This document shows positions 27,828 to 37,841 of a DNA stretch of 64,000 nt, piece after piece (the stretch's first letter is position 1; the number at the start of each line of letters is the position of its first letter). The DNA comes from a virus. Taxonomy: Duplodnaviria; Caudoviricetes. Where the stretch lies: positions 32,001-96,000 of IMG/VR virus record IMGVR_UViG_3300037067_027684. One strand, 5' to 3'. The notes under the pieces are model-generated. The model did no database searches and was not told the origin of the DNA. It saw nothing but the letters and a program-made list of their open reading frames with translations. The translations under genes and the position numbers were made by a program.

Positions 27828-28723
27828 TGGGATTGCAGGGAATAATTACTGACCCAAAGACTGGTCTTGAAGAGACATGCGCTGTCGTATGGGATATAAT
27901 TCCACCCGATGGTAAAATATCATCATATTGGATTCGAGTGAAAATAATAAGAGACAATGGGCATGTTTTTGCTTCAGGAGCTATTCCTTATGATGATCCT
28001 GAAGCAGATGCAGCGGAATGGTGTAAAAGTAAAGGTGTTAGGCTAGGAGGCACAACTGTGAATCGCAGAATTCTGAAAGCTCCCCAAGTGACAGAGGAGA
28101 AGAAACATACGTTTGTTCTGCGCTTAGAAGATAAATTAAACGAAGCATTTGGTGGCCAATTTGCCACTATCGGTGGTAAGAAATATTCAATCGCAGGAAT
28201 GGATGCTCAGGGTCGAAGACAATTATCTGGTCCAGGTGGTCCAGTTGGTTATATTGACGCAGAGGGGAATGTTCAAGTTTCCGGTCCAAGTTTTGATGAT
28301 GAGGAGACAGCTAAACCACAAAGAGGTGGTCCGAAGAAATCTGGTTGGGAAGTGGAGTGGCAAGGCACTGATGGTATGAAGGCTGGTAAATTCTTCCCGA
28401 AGAATGAGGGTATGGATGAATGCCCAATGTGTAAGGGTGCTGGTAAGGTTCCAGGTAGTGGAGCTAATCGTTGTAAGCAATGTGCTGGTACTGGTAAGGT
28501 AGTTGGTGCGACTGGCGCAGCTTCAAAATGCCCTGCTTGTAAAGGTAGGGGTAGCACTCCTGATGTGATTAATCCCAAAGGCGAGAAATGTCAGGGATGT
28601 TTTGGAATGGGAGTGCAGAATCCGAGGTTACAGGAGTTCGTTAAAGCTTTGAGAAGTGCTGGTCGTGGCCCCGTGGTTAAGATAGCTCGCGGGGAAAGCC
28701 AGTATATGTCAGCTAAAGAATAA
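27827..28723 (+). CDS. Protein with DnaJ-type Zn finger but no J-domain
   Basis: CPMCKGAG, CKQCAGTG, CPACKGRG, CQGCFGMG; no HPD motif. Confidence 0.7.
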   Translation: MGLQGIITDPKTGLEETCAVVWDIIPPDGKISSYWIRVKIIRDNGHVFASGAIPYDDPEADAAEWCKSKGVRLGGTTVNRRILKAPQVTEEKKHTFVLRLEDKLNEAFGGQFATIGGKKYSIAGMDAQGRRQLSGPGGPVGYIDAEGNVQVSGPSFDDEETAKPQRGGPKKSGWEVEWQGTDGMKAGKFFPKNEGMDECPMCKGAGKVPGSGANRCKQCAGTGKVVGATGAASKCPACKGRGSTPDVINPKGEKCQGCFGMGVQNPRLQEFVKALRSAGRGPVVKIARGESQYMSAKE

Positions 28724-28771
28724 TTCGTTCGATTATAAATACAAAAATAGCTAAAGAATAGAGGATACGAT

Positions 28772-31147
28772 ATGGCCGTATTACCTAATGGCGAATTTGA
28801 TTCTCAAGTTTTTATCGATGCATTTGGAATTAGATGGGTGTATCGTACTGAAGATGACTGTTGGCACCGCGATGGCAAGGTTTCGCAATTCCCACTTGCT
28901 AGTTTGACCACTACTGGCCTATTGTCTAAAGAATTCAAGTATATGTTGGATACAGTTGTTGATAAGGGTGGTGGTTTCGCGTTGGTTATGAAACCACTTC
29001 TTCAGAAACGTTCACAATCTAATCCGGATGGTGTTATCTTTGGTGATGTGGAATTCGTCAGCGAGAGTCTTAAAATTGCTTGTGTCGATTCTCAAGGGAA
29101 TATAATTCAGGATGCTTGTGGCAATGTGTCATTTAAGGAAAATGATGATCATCCTCCTGGTTTTGATCTGAGTTTTTCGGATGATTTTCTTAAATCGTTT
29201 TGTGTGGAAGTTCCTGGTGGTCCTGGTCCTACTGGTCCTGATGGTTTTCAGGGTGAGGCTGGCGATGATGGGACTGGTGATGGTCCGGTTGGATTGAAGG
29301 GAATCTCGGGGAAAGACGCCGATGCCCATTACAAACTCACTGGAATCAAAATCACAGACGTTGATGATATCTCGGATACCGCAGTTGTTAAACTGGAGTT
29401 GGACAAGCTCAATGGTGTACTCACAGTCACGAAGAGCAAGGTCAAAGTCCCAGACGAAGAAGATGCGGCAGCAGATCAAATTATCGCAAGGCAAGTTATG
29501 CGTGAAATTAAATTTACCGGAGATTGTTGGAAATATGGCATCGTCAAAATACCATGCGGGCCAGGAGATACCTATGACACACTTGACCCAACCATTGCTT
29601 ACTACCCGTCACATTTCCAGGGAACAGGATCAAGTGGAACTGATCGTTTCCAACTCGTGCGCAAAAAATTTAGCGACCTCGTGGACCAGATAATTGATTG
29701 GTATCAAGCTAAGCTAGACGAATGTTCTGATCAATATGACACCAAGATTGAGGCATTTATTAAAGAGAAGGACGCTGAAGCACGAGCACAATTGGATACG
29801 TTAGGTGATAGACTTACAGAATGTGAGAATATTACTTATCTTGATTATTGTATTGGTCTTAATCAGAATTGTAGTCGTGAAGAGGAAGATGGTCAAATGG
29901 TCGATGATGATTCTTGTACATTACTTGCTGAGTCAATAGGCTTTACTTGTCCAGTTGGTTCTTCTGTTAGGTGTAATTCTAGTGCATTTATTATCACGGC
30001 TAGGATTGCTCCAATTTTGTCTTTTGATGCTCCAGCTGCCTTTAAATATCCATCTACTATTGCAAGCCCGTCATCATCGGCAAGGATTTGTGAGACTGGT
30101 TGTTGGGTGATGTTCAATGATGGTTCTAATGCTGTGGGTTTTGTGCCTAGGGGTGGTGCTATTCCTCCTGATTCTCTGAATTATTCATTCCCAGGGAGAA
30201 TTGATTGTGGTGGTGTGATGGGGTTAGATTCTAGACCACCACAATTTAGAACGGATATTTTTGGTGGTGTGAAAGCTACTGATTTGGCTGCGTCATTCCA
30301 GACGTGGGCGTCGAATTTAGCTGGATTGCTTAATTCTGCTCATGTTATTTATGATAAGACTCAGTTAATGTTTGCTGGTAGTAAGGAATTTCAGCCTGGG
30401 ACTTACGTTTTCATGTATTCTTCGGGCGCATTCCGACAAGATAGGTTGAATTCATCTGAGAGATTCGGTGAGAGTCAAGATAGTAATCTTATGATCAATG
30501 GTGATTTCCAGAATTATTTTGTGGGGAATGAGGGTAGTGGTCACACAGTTCATCCTCTTTATATTCTGAATCCATTTGATCTCAATCAGCGTGTTGAGGT
30601 TAATGGGCCTTTGACTTCTACGGAGGTTGGTTTGGAGATTGGTGTTGCTCCTACGACTTATTCTTCTTTAATTCCAGCTAATTATTTTACTAGTCATCCT
30701 TTTGCTCCGTCTAATATTGGTGCTGCTTCTGCGGATGTGCCGTTGCCGCATGTTGATTATGATGGTCTAAGTGCTCTTGAGATGGCTCCAGAGAATCTAA
30801 TTCACTGGTCCAAATTCCCGACTTCGGTTACACAGGGGCATTATGATGAGCAGGAGTTATTGAATGCTTATCAGAATGGTCCAATGAGCAGTAGGGTTTT
30901 GGTTGTTACTATAGTTCAGCCTAGTTTCTTATTTGCTAGGGTGAAGTTGGCTTATTCTGGCGTTAATTTCTTTGGCAATTTAATAATGCCACCTATAACT
31001 GCTGCTACTCAAGCCTTTAATAAAGCTTATTCTTATAATCGGGCCGTTATATACAAGATGGAAGATAATAAGTGGCCTGTTGTTAATGCAAGACCAGTTG
31101 CCAATGGGCAAGTTAGGGTCGAAATAGTTAAGGTAGCGTGTCAATGA
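28772..31147 (+). CDS. Cys-rich virion protein with short collagen segment
   Basis: GPGPTGPDGFQGEAG..GPVGLKGISGKD; coiled-coil middle; N-region shares layout with next gene. Confidence 0.65.
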   Translation: MAVLPNGEFDSQVFIDAFGIRWVYRTEDDCWHRDGKVSQFPLASLTTTGLLSKEFKYMLDTVVDKGGGFALVMKPLLQKRSQSNPDGVIFGDVEFVSESLKIACVDSQGNIIQDACGNVSFKENDDHPPGFDLSFSDDFLKSFCVEVPGGPGPTGPDGFQGEAGDDGTGDGPVGLKGISGKDADAHYKLTGIKITDVDDISDTAVVKLELDKLNGVLTVTKSKVKVPDEEDAAADQIIARQVMREIKFTGDCWKYGIVKIPCGPGDTYDTLDPTIAYYPSHFQGTGSSGTDRFQLVRKKFSDLVDQIIDWYQAKLDECSDQYDTKIEAFIKEKDAEARAQLDTLGDRLTECENITYLDYCIGLNQNCSREEEDGQMVDDDSCTLLAESIGFTCPVGSSVRCNSSAFIITARIAPILSFDAPAAFKYPSTIASPSSSARICETGCWVMFNDGSNAVGFVPRGGAIPPDSLNYSFPGRIDCGGVMGLDSRPPQFRTDIFGGVKATDLAASFQTWASNLAGLLNSAHVIYDKTQLMFAGSKEFQPGTYVFMYSSGAFRQDRLNSSERFGESQDSNLMINGDFQNYFVGNEGSGHTVHPLYILNPFDLNQRVEVNGPLTSTEVGLEIGVAPTTYSSLIPANYFTSHPFAPSNIGAASADVPLPHVDYDGLSALEMAPENLIHWSKFPTSVTQGHYDEQELLNAYQNGPMSSRVLVVTIVQPSFLFARVKLAYSGVNFFGNLIMPPITAATQAFNKAYSYNRAVIYKMEDNKWPVVNARPVANGQVRVEIVKVACQ

Positions 31148-34100
31148 CATTTCCACCTAATCCAACTGATGGAATGATTGTTGAATTTGATAATAACGTG
31201 TATTATCAATATAGTGCCAAGGATCATACTTGGGTTAGATTGGAGGATTATAATTTAGGGGCTGTGTTAGCTACTCCTATGGAAGATGGTTTGATGTCTA
31301 GTGTCGATTTTAAGAAGCTCTATGATTTAATGTTGCCTCCGCCAAAGACGACATTGACAAGTGAAGATTGCACTTATATTTTCGAAAAGGGATTCTTGGG
31401 AATATTTAGTTCGAATGAAGATTTATTTATTGAATCTGAATTACCGTTGATGGATAAGGATGACAAAGGGTTCTCCGTTGAGAGAAAACAAGTATGGCAA
31501 ATTCATGAGAATACATTTGGTATTAATTTTAGAGTTAATCTTAATCAGTTAGTTTCTGAGTTAGAAAGTCGTGGCCAATTGACCTATAGAAAGAGTGCTG
31601 GTGAGCAGGGTAAGAAGGGCGCAAAGGGTAAGCCTGGTGTTGATAAGTTGGATACTGGTCCTCGTGGTACTATTGGTGATGATGGTAAAAATGCTGCTTA
31701 TCCTGGTGATTTAGTTCAAGATTTGGCTATATTGGTTTCCGATGATAACCGTGGTATTGTTGATATTACTAAGGATGAAGTCTCTCCTGATGAGAATTAT
31801 TTATTAGTTACTAGAGCTAGTATTGGTAATCCAGATTTTTGTCCTGAATTCGTGAAGCCTAAGACTATTCAATCTAAATGGATTGCTGTTCTAGATGAAA
31901 GTCCTGCTACTAGAAAAGTCTATAAGGATTGTGGTTCGAAGGGAGATAAGTGCATTCCTGCTACTTGTACTTTGGGTCAGGATGCTATGATTAGAAATTT
32001 ATGTTCAACTAATTTGTATTATTTGGATATGACTTCTATTGAACAAACTATTAGGACTCGTTTTGATGAATTATTAGTTGAGCTGAAGGAGGTTAAGGAG
32101 CAGGTAGCTAATGAATATCTGAAGGCAATGGTCGAGATTTACAATGAACAGAAATTAGCTGTGTGTTGCGCTGTCGAGAACTGTGAATCTAGGCGCGAGA
32201 ATGATAGACATAAAGAGCGTATTGAGATGTTGCGGGTTATGGCGGCAGGTCCGCAGAAGGCTTTAACTATTGACGGCGATCTAACTAGGGATTATGTGGA
32301 TACCAATCCTGGGAAGGATTGTCCTGCTCCTGATGCGGGGACACAGAGTTCGGCTATAATTCCTACTACTTGTGAGTATAAGATGCTTGTGGTTGGAAGC
32401 GTTAATGCTCCGAATGAGTCTTACTCTTCGACGGTTGACCTTCCGGCTGGAGAATATGTCGTTACCATATCTGGGTGCTGCTGCTTTAACAACGAAATAG
32501 ACGTTGAGCCGGAAGATATATCTCCGCAAATTATGGTGCCTTGTGAATTATACTTGGGGGCTAGGAAGAGTAATAGTCAGGCTTTAGTCTATTCGGTAGG
32601 TGCAATACATCTACCGGAACTCTACGAACCTGATAATTTTACTGTTTCGAATGCCTTCACCATTAATAATCAGTTTAAGTTTAAATATGTTAAAATTCCT
32701 GTTCTAAGAGTTGGAACTTCGGATGGTTCAGGATATTCACTCCGTGTTGATGTCATGACCGATATTAATGGTGCTCCTGGTAGCATTATCGCATCGGCCA
32801 AGGTTCCTGCGTCTGTTATTAGTACTTGGAATGAGAATGTAAAACCAACTCCTGGTCATTTTATGGAAGTTAGTGTTGATTTTGGTGATAGGACTTTTGA
32901 TGCTGGAACTTACTTCTTCAGAATTAGTAAGGATGGGAGTACCAGCTCTGCTGAATTCTTCTTAATCTCAGTTTCTAATATGTTGGCTTCTGATGTTGGT
33001 CCGTTCTATTCTGATGGTGAAGTCATACCTGGTGTTGAAATATTCTTGTGCGCGGCTTATTGGAATATTGAACAAACTGGCTTTAGGGTGTCAACTGGGA
33101 TTACTGAGGAGCAATATGAAATTTTCTTAGCTAATCCTGAGTTGGTTGATCCGAGTTTCAAGCCCAAATTCGATGCTATGTTGCCTTATTCTAGTAGAAT
33201 TACTTTAGTTTATCAGGGTCCTTTTGGAGAAGTATCTGTTGATACTCCGAATCAGAATGATTATAGGACTAAGGCTGAGGCGTCGGCTGCTAATTTGGGT
33301 AGGACTGTTCAGTTTAAGCATTTTGGTGGTAAGTTGAAGGCTTATTACACTCGTGGCGGTACTTCTAAGATAACCAACAATAATGGGTCTGTTGAATTGT
33401 GTGTTAATCGCGTGCCAGTGTCAAATCCGAATCGTCCGCAACCTGCTTGTACTGGCTTTGTAAGTGATATTACTGTTTTAGGTGGATCGAACACATTTGC
33501 TATCACACCACATACTTTCCAGTATAAGGATGGTGCCTATACACCTATTTTGATTCCTAATCCAACTAATTCATCGGTGCCGCAGGTAATTGATTTGCCT
33601 GGTCCTGGTGTTTATGAATTGGAAATTATGGATTGTTGCTTCTTTGATGCTCAGGATGTTAATTTGAGTGCGTATCCTGTATTTCCTCCTGGATTCTATA
33701 TTAGTAAGAGTTCTCCCACAAGAATTCTTGTTACTCAAGGAATGTATGAGAAGGCAGTTCTTGCCGATACTGGTGGCTTTATGTTGGAGTGGGCAGCTGG
33801 CGATGCAGTTATTGCTACACTACCAGCTGACTTACAGGATCGTTTTATTAAGTATAGTTCTACGCCTGCATCTACTGATTACGATACTATTCGTGATGTG
33901 GTTTCCAAAGCAATTCAGCCGTATACTGGTGTTGTGACAGCTTGGTATACGGGGTATGCAACAGGTTCGCCAACTTCGCAGACTTTAATTGCTAGGACTT
34001 ACGCCACTCCTGATTCTAGACCTGTTTTTGAAGTTGATGAGAATGGTTACTTCACTTATACTGGTAAGCCACCACAGGATTCTGAGTTTGGTGGTTATCG

Positions 34101-35115
34101 TTCTTCTTCAGAAGCTACGACTGCTTTTATTGGTAAGAAATTTAGAATTAACTCATCGGGTGGTAAGTTAGCATTGTTCTTCGATGATTATGATGCTGGT
34201 TTTGGGTCTTTGGTTGAGCCAATACCTAATCCTAATTCTGGGCAGGTTGTCGTTAGAGTTAGTTGTGTTGATGAACCAGCTTGTGATATTCCTGAATTAG
34301 AGATTACTCTGAATTGTGGTATTAATATTGCTGAGATTAGTTCTATTATGGCTGATCTAGTTGCAGGTGAATATGTTGCGCAGATTAGTGACTGCTGTTG
34401 TGGTAATGGTGGCTCTTGGAAGGGAATGATTGCACTTAAATATTTGAACACTGGTATTCCTAAGACACTTTATTCTCCAGATCTTGGTAGTTTTAGTACT
34501 GACCTTGATGCCCAACAATATTATATGGGCAATAGTTTTGCGTTCATTCACAGCGGTGGTCAGATTAAAGTATGGGCTTCCACGCCAATGTATAGTGCTG
34601 GTTTGATTACCGTCTCAATTTGGAGCAGGAAGTGTTTGGACAGATGTAATACAAATCCTGCTGGTGGTAGCACTGGTATTTCTGCTATTGATCCGCAACC
34701 TGTCGATGTGTTTACTAATTGTGATATGACTTCTGACCAGATTAATTTCTATGAGTGTGGTTGGCAAACTGGGGCTTGCTGTGGAGCTTGGGTTGAGGCT
34801 TTAGGCACTATGTGGATTGTGGTTATGAGGTCATTGGGTGCAGATATGGCTTGTGGTGGTGGTGAATCAGAATTGTCTGATTGTATTAAGAAGGGTTTGG
34901 CGGCTGGATTCTACCCAGCTATTGCTTTCCCGACTATTGATGGCAATATTTTCTTGGGTAAGCCAACTAGCGGATTCCAGAGATTTGTTAGGGATGTTGA
35001 TGTTGAGGCTGAGATTCTTGCGAAGATTAGAGCTGGCGAAGTTTGGAGAATAGTTGGTGATCCAATCACCAACATTGGTGGGATTTTATTCCCTGCTGAT
35101 TTCTCGCACGCATAA
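31144..35115 (+). CDS. Large Cys-rich virion/fibre protein with collagen segment and repeated domains
   Basis: FPPNPTDG..YQYS..W N-motif; GEQGKKGAKGKPG; three DL-x-x-G-x-Y..I.xCC units. Confidence 0.65.
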   Translation: MTFPPNPTDGMIVEFDNNVYYQYSAKDHTWVRLEDYNLGAVLATPMEDGLMSSVDFKKLYDLMLPPPKTTLTSEDCTYIFEKGFLGIFSSNEDLFIESELPLMDKDDKGFSVERKQVWQIHENTFGINFRVNLNQLVSELESRGQLTYRKSAGEQGKKGAKGKPGVDKLDTGPRGTIGDDGKNAAYPGDLVQDLAILVSDDNRGIVDITKDEVSPDENYLLVTRASIGNPDFCPEFVKPKTIQSKWIAVLDESPATRKVYKDCGSKGDKCIPATCTLGQDAMIRNLCSTNLYYLDMTSIEQTIRTRFDELLVELKEVKEQVANEYLKAMVEIYNEQKLAVCCAVENCESRRENDRHKERIEMLRVMAAGPQKALTIDGDLTRDYVDTNPGKDCPAPDAGTQSSAIIPTTCEYKMLVVGSVNAPNESYSSTVDLPAGEYVVTISGCCCFNNEIDVEPEDISPQIMVPCELYLGARKSNSQALVYSVGAIHLPELYEPDNFTVSNAFTINNQFKFKYVKIPVLRVGTSDGSGYSLRVDVMTDINGAPGSIIASAKVPASVISTWNENVKPTPGHFMEVSVDFGDRTFDAGTYFFRISKDGSTSSAEFFLISVSNMLASDVGPFYSDGEVIPGVEIFLCAAYWNIEQTGFRVSTGITEEQYEIFLANPELVDPSFKPKFDAMLPYSSRITLVYQGPFGEVSVDTPNQNDYRTKAEASAANLGRTVQFKHFGGKLKAYYTRGGTSKITNNNGSVELCVNRVPVSNPNRPQPACTGFVSDITVLGGSNTFAITPHTFQYKDGAYTPILIPNPTNSSVPQVIDLPGPGVYELEIMDCCFFDAQDVNLSAYPVFPPGFYISKSSPTRILVTQGMYEKAVLADTGGFMLEWAAGDAVIATLPADLQDRFIKYSSTPASTDYDTIRDVVSKAIQPYTGVVTAWYTGYATGSPTSQTLIARTYATPDSRPVFEVDENGYFTYTGKPPQDSEFGGYRSSSEATTAFIGKKFRINSSGGKLALFFDDYDAGFGSLVEPIPNPNSGQVVVRVSCVDEPACDIPELEITLNCGINIAEISSIMADLVAGEYVAQISDCCCGNGGSWKGMIALKYLNTGIPKTLYSPDLGSFSTDLDAQQYYMGNSFAFIHSGGQIKVWASTPMYSAGLITVSIWSRKCLDRCNTNPAGGSTGISAIDPQPVDVFTNCDMTSDQINFYECGWQTGACCGAWVEALGTMWIVVMRSLGADMACGGGESELSDCIKKGLAAGFYPAIAFPTIDGNIFLGKPTSGFQRFVRDVDVEAEILAKIRAGEVWRIVGDPITNIGGILFPADFSHA

Positions 35116-35123
35116 ATATTAAC

Positions 35124-35690
35124 ATGAAGTATAAAATTAAATCAAGACAATTTTGCTCTTTGTCTCGTGAACCAAAATGGCAAGATTGGCTTCGTAAGAA
35201 TGCTGTTGATCTTTATGATAAATTGATTGCTCATCTTAAAACAAGTAAGGGATGTCGTGCTAATGTCGATAAGATGACTGAGATTCAGAAAGAGTTAGAT
35301 AAACGACATCTTTTAGTGGATATGGTTAAATTCTTGAAGGTTGAATATCCAATAGTGCTTGAGGAAGTTTACGATGATAAACCTCAACCTAAGATGACTA
35401 AGATTGAATCTCATAATGATAAAGCTGTTTTTAAGCATTATAATCCAAACCTCTTGACGTTTCCGCAAAAGGTTATTATGACTGGAGATCCAAATGAGAT
35501 CCAGAGGGCTGTTAAGGAATTTATTGCTGGAAAGATTTCTACTGATTATTTGATTATTGGAAATACTGCCTATGTCGAATATTTCCATCAGAAGTATGAG
35601 AAGGAATCTACGATGGTTAAGCCAGAGTCAAGAGAATTGTTTAAATATAGGCAGATTCATCATTTGAAGCCTGATGATAAAAAGATTTAA
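35124..35690 (+). CDS. Hypothetical protein
   Basis: TAAATATT motif 3 nt before ATG, no SD. Confidence 0.6.
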   Translation: MKYKIKSRQFCSLSREPKWQDWLRKNAVDLYDKLIAHLKTSKGCRANVDKMTEIQKELDKRHLLVDMVKFLKVEYPIVLEEVYDDKPQPKMTKIESHNDKAVFKHYNPNLLTFPQKVIMTGDPNEIQRAVKEFIAGKISTDYLIIGNTAYVEYFHQKYEKESTMVKPESRELFKYRQIHHLKPDDKKI

Positions 35691-35700
35691 GGAGAATTCA

Positions 35701-36153
35701 ATGTACGATTCGAAACAGGACACGCTAGATCACATTGAGTTAGTGACTAAATTAATGGAGGTTTTTCAAGTAGGATTGTCTGTAAGAGCCGAAAAACATG
35801 ACCAAAGCAAATTATCGCCGGATGAGAAGCCGATTTTTGATGAGATGACTCCTAAACTTAGGGGTTCAACTTATGGTAGTGATGAATATAAGATGTTTTT
35901 GGCAACTCTGGCTCCTGCTTTGAAACACCATTATACCGAAAATAGACATCATCCAGAACATTTTGAAAATGGTATTACTGGTATGACTTTGTTTGATTTG
36001 GTTGAAATGTTCTGTGACTGGAAAGCAGCTTCAGAGAGACATGCTAATGGTAGTCTAGAGAAGAGTATTGTCATTAATAAGGATCGGTTTAAAATTAGTG
36101 ATCAGTTAGCAACTATATTTGAGAACACTAGGAAGGCGCTTGATTGGAGCTAG
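35701..36153 (+). CDS. DUF5662-family HD-like protein
   Basis: HDQSKL..HHY..NRHHPEH..EMFCDW; AAGGAG SD. Confidence 0.75.
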   Translation: MYDSKQDTLDHIELVTKLMEVFQVGLSVRAEKHDQSKLSPDEKPIFDEMTPKLRGSTYGSDEYKMFLATLAPALKHHYTENRHHPEHFENGITGMTLFDLVEMFCDWKAASERHANGSLEKSIVINKDRFKISDQLATIFENTRKALDWS

Positions 36154-36190
36154 AGTAATTCCTTCAAAGATACTCGAAAAGGAGTTAATC

Positions 36191-36601
36191 ATGGATATGC
36201 CATCTCGAAAATCGATTGGGCCAACTGATCGACTAAGGGAATCAGTGGATGCCTATATGGTTACGATCCAGAGGGCATTAAGGAGAGCTGAAACAAATCC
36301 AGCATTAACACAATATAGGCAATCATTATTGAAGTGTCTTGAAATGGCTAAACATATGCACGATATGATTGAAGACTGTGAGAGTCAATCACAATTACCA
36401 TCGATGTTATTCGAGTCGGCTATGACTTGCCCAAAATGTGGTAGTGATGATATTCTGGCTGGAACTGATAAAACTCCTACTAAGTGTGCTAAGTGTGGTA
36501 AGACTATTGATAAGGATGATGCTCAGAAGGATGTTATTGTTGGGTGTGCCAAGCCTTTTACTGAACGTATTGAGAAAGCTTTGAAATCAGTCTGTAAATA
36601 A
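36191..36601 (+). CDS. Hypothetical protein with Zn-ribbon
   Basis: AAGGAG SD; LRES/LFES sites; CPKCGS..CAKCG. Confidence 0.6.
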   Translation: MDMPSRKSIGPTDRLRESVDAYMVTIQRALRRAETNPALTQYRQSLLKCLEMAKHMHDMIEDCESQSQLPSMLFESAMTCPKCGSDDILAGTDKTPTKCAKCGKTIDKDDAQKDVIVGCAKPFTERIEKALKSVCK

Positions 36602-36680
36602 TTCCAAATTCTGAGGAGGTATCAAAATTCATCAATATAAGAAATAAAAACTGATTTCGTATCTCAATCAAAAATAACAC

Positions 36681-37832
36681 ATGAAAGTTAACAAGGCAAT
36701 TAAATTCAAAATCCACCCAACAATCAAACAACAAAAACTACTAACCAAACACTTCGGCTGCTGCAGATGGGTCTACAACCACTTCCTCCAATATAAAACA
36801 GACCAATACAAGAAAACCAAAAAATCCGCCTCATGGCTAGAAATGAATAGAAAATTAACAGAACTAAAGAAACAACCAGACAAACTATGGCTAAATGATG
36901 TTAGTAGAGTGGCTCTAAATGGAGCATTAGATAATTTAGATGTAGCTTTTAATAATTTCTTCAGAAAAACAGCAAAATACCCCAAATTCAAGAATAAACA
37001 CTCAAAACAATCATATAAATTGACCAATCAACACTTCCGTCTAAAAACAAGAGGTGTTCAAATAGCCAAAATCGGTTTCCTAAAAGGTGATGTAGAATTG
37101 CCAGAAGAGCATAAACTATTATCAATAACCATTACTAAGACATTTACTGATAAATATTATGCTTCTATTTCCTATGAAACAGAAATCCCTAATCCTAAAG
37201 TAGATCAAACAAAACCAGTAATAGGAATAGATTTTGGTCTAAAGACTTTTATTACTACTTCTGAGGGAGAGAAAATAGAACATCCTCTTCCATTTAAAAA
37301 ATCCATGAGAAAATTAAGAAGAACACAAAGAAAATTAAGTAGAAGAATTAAGGGAAGTCATAGAAGGGAGGCACAAAAAAGAAGAGTGTCTCTGATTCAA
37401 GAGAAAATCAGAAACCAGAGACAGAACTTTCTACATGAAGTATCCTCTAGGTTGGTGAGTGAGAACCAAGCCATTTATCTAGAGGATTTGAGCCTTAAAG
37501 GGATGCAAAGTAGATGGGGTAGAAAAATTAATGACTTGGGGTGGAATATTTTTACGAAACAATTGGAATATAAGGGTCCATGGAGGGGTTGTTTGGTGGA
37601 AAAGAGGGATAGGTTCTTCCCTTCTTCTAAGATGTGTTCAGTTTGTGGTTATATTAATCAAAATTTAACTTTAGACCAGAGGGAGTGGGATTGTTGTAAT
37701 TGTTCTACCCATCATGATAGGGATATTAATGCTGCTAGGAACATCCTTAACTACGGGCCGGTTGCCCGAAAGCAACGGACAGGGAGAGTTGGGGTGGTAA
37801 ACTCGCTCGTTGAACTGTCAAGGCAAGAGTAA
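36681..37832 (+). CDS. tnpB: IS200/IS605-family RNA-guided nuclease TnpB (no tnpA nearby)
   Basis: N-terminal HTH (KFKIHPT..FGCCRWVYN), RuvC-I IGIDFGLK, RuvC-II LEDL, Zn finger CSVC..CCNC, RuvC-III DRDINAARNI. Confidence 0.93.
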   Translation: MKVNKAIKFKIHPTIKQQKLLTKHFGCCRWVYNHFLQYKTDQYKKTKKSASWLEMNRKLTELKKQPDKLWLNDVSRVALNGALDNLDVAFNNFFRKTAKYPKFKNKHSKQSYKLTNQHFRLKTRGVQIAKIGFLKGDVELPEEHKLLSITITKTFTDKYYASISYETEIPNPKVDQTKPVIGIDFGLKTFITTSEGEKIEHPLPFKKSMRKLRRTQRKLSRRIKGSHRREAQKRRVSLIQEKIRNQRQNFLHEVSSRLVSENQAIYLEDLSLKGMQSRWGRKINDLGWNIFTKQLEYKGPWRGCLVEKRDRFFPSSKMCSVCGYINQNLTLDQREWDCCNCSTHHDRDINAARNILNYGPVARKQRTGRVGVVNSLVELSRQE

Positions 37833-37841
37833 GCCGAACCA
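37750..37841 (+). ncRNA. Putative TnpB omegaRNA 3' scaffold plus guide
   Basis: GACAG/CTGTC, GAGT/ACTC, CAACG/CGTTG pairings in the tnpB 3' end; TCAA at 37818-21 resembles an IS605-type right end. Confidence 0.5.

Noticed and set aside
36681-37832. TnpB as a Cas12f-type effector
   Set aside because: No adjacent array; the only array has a type I-E repeat 15 kb away
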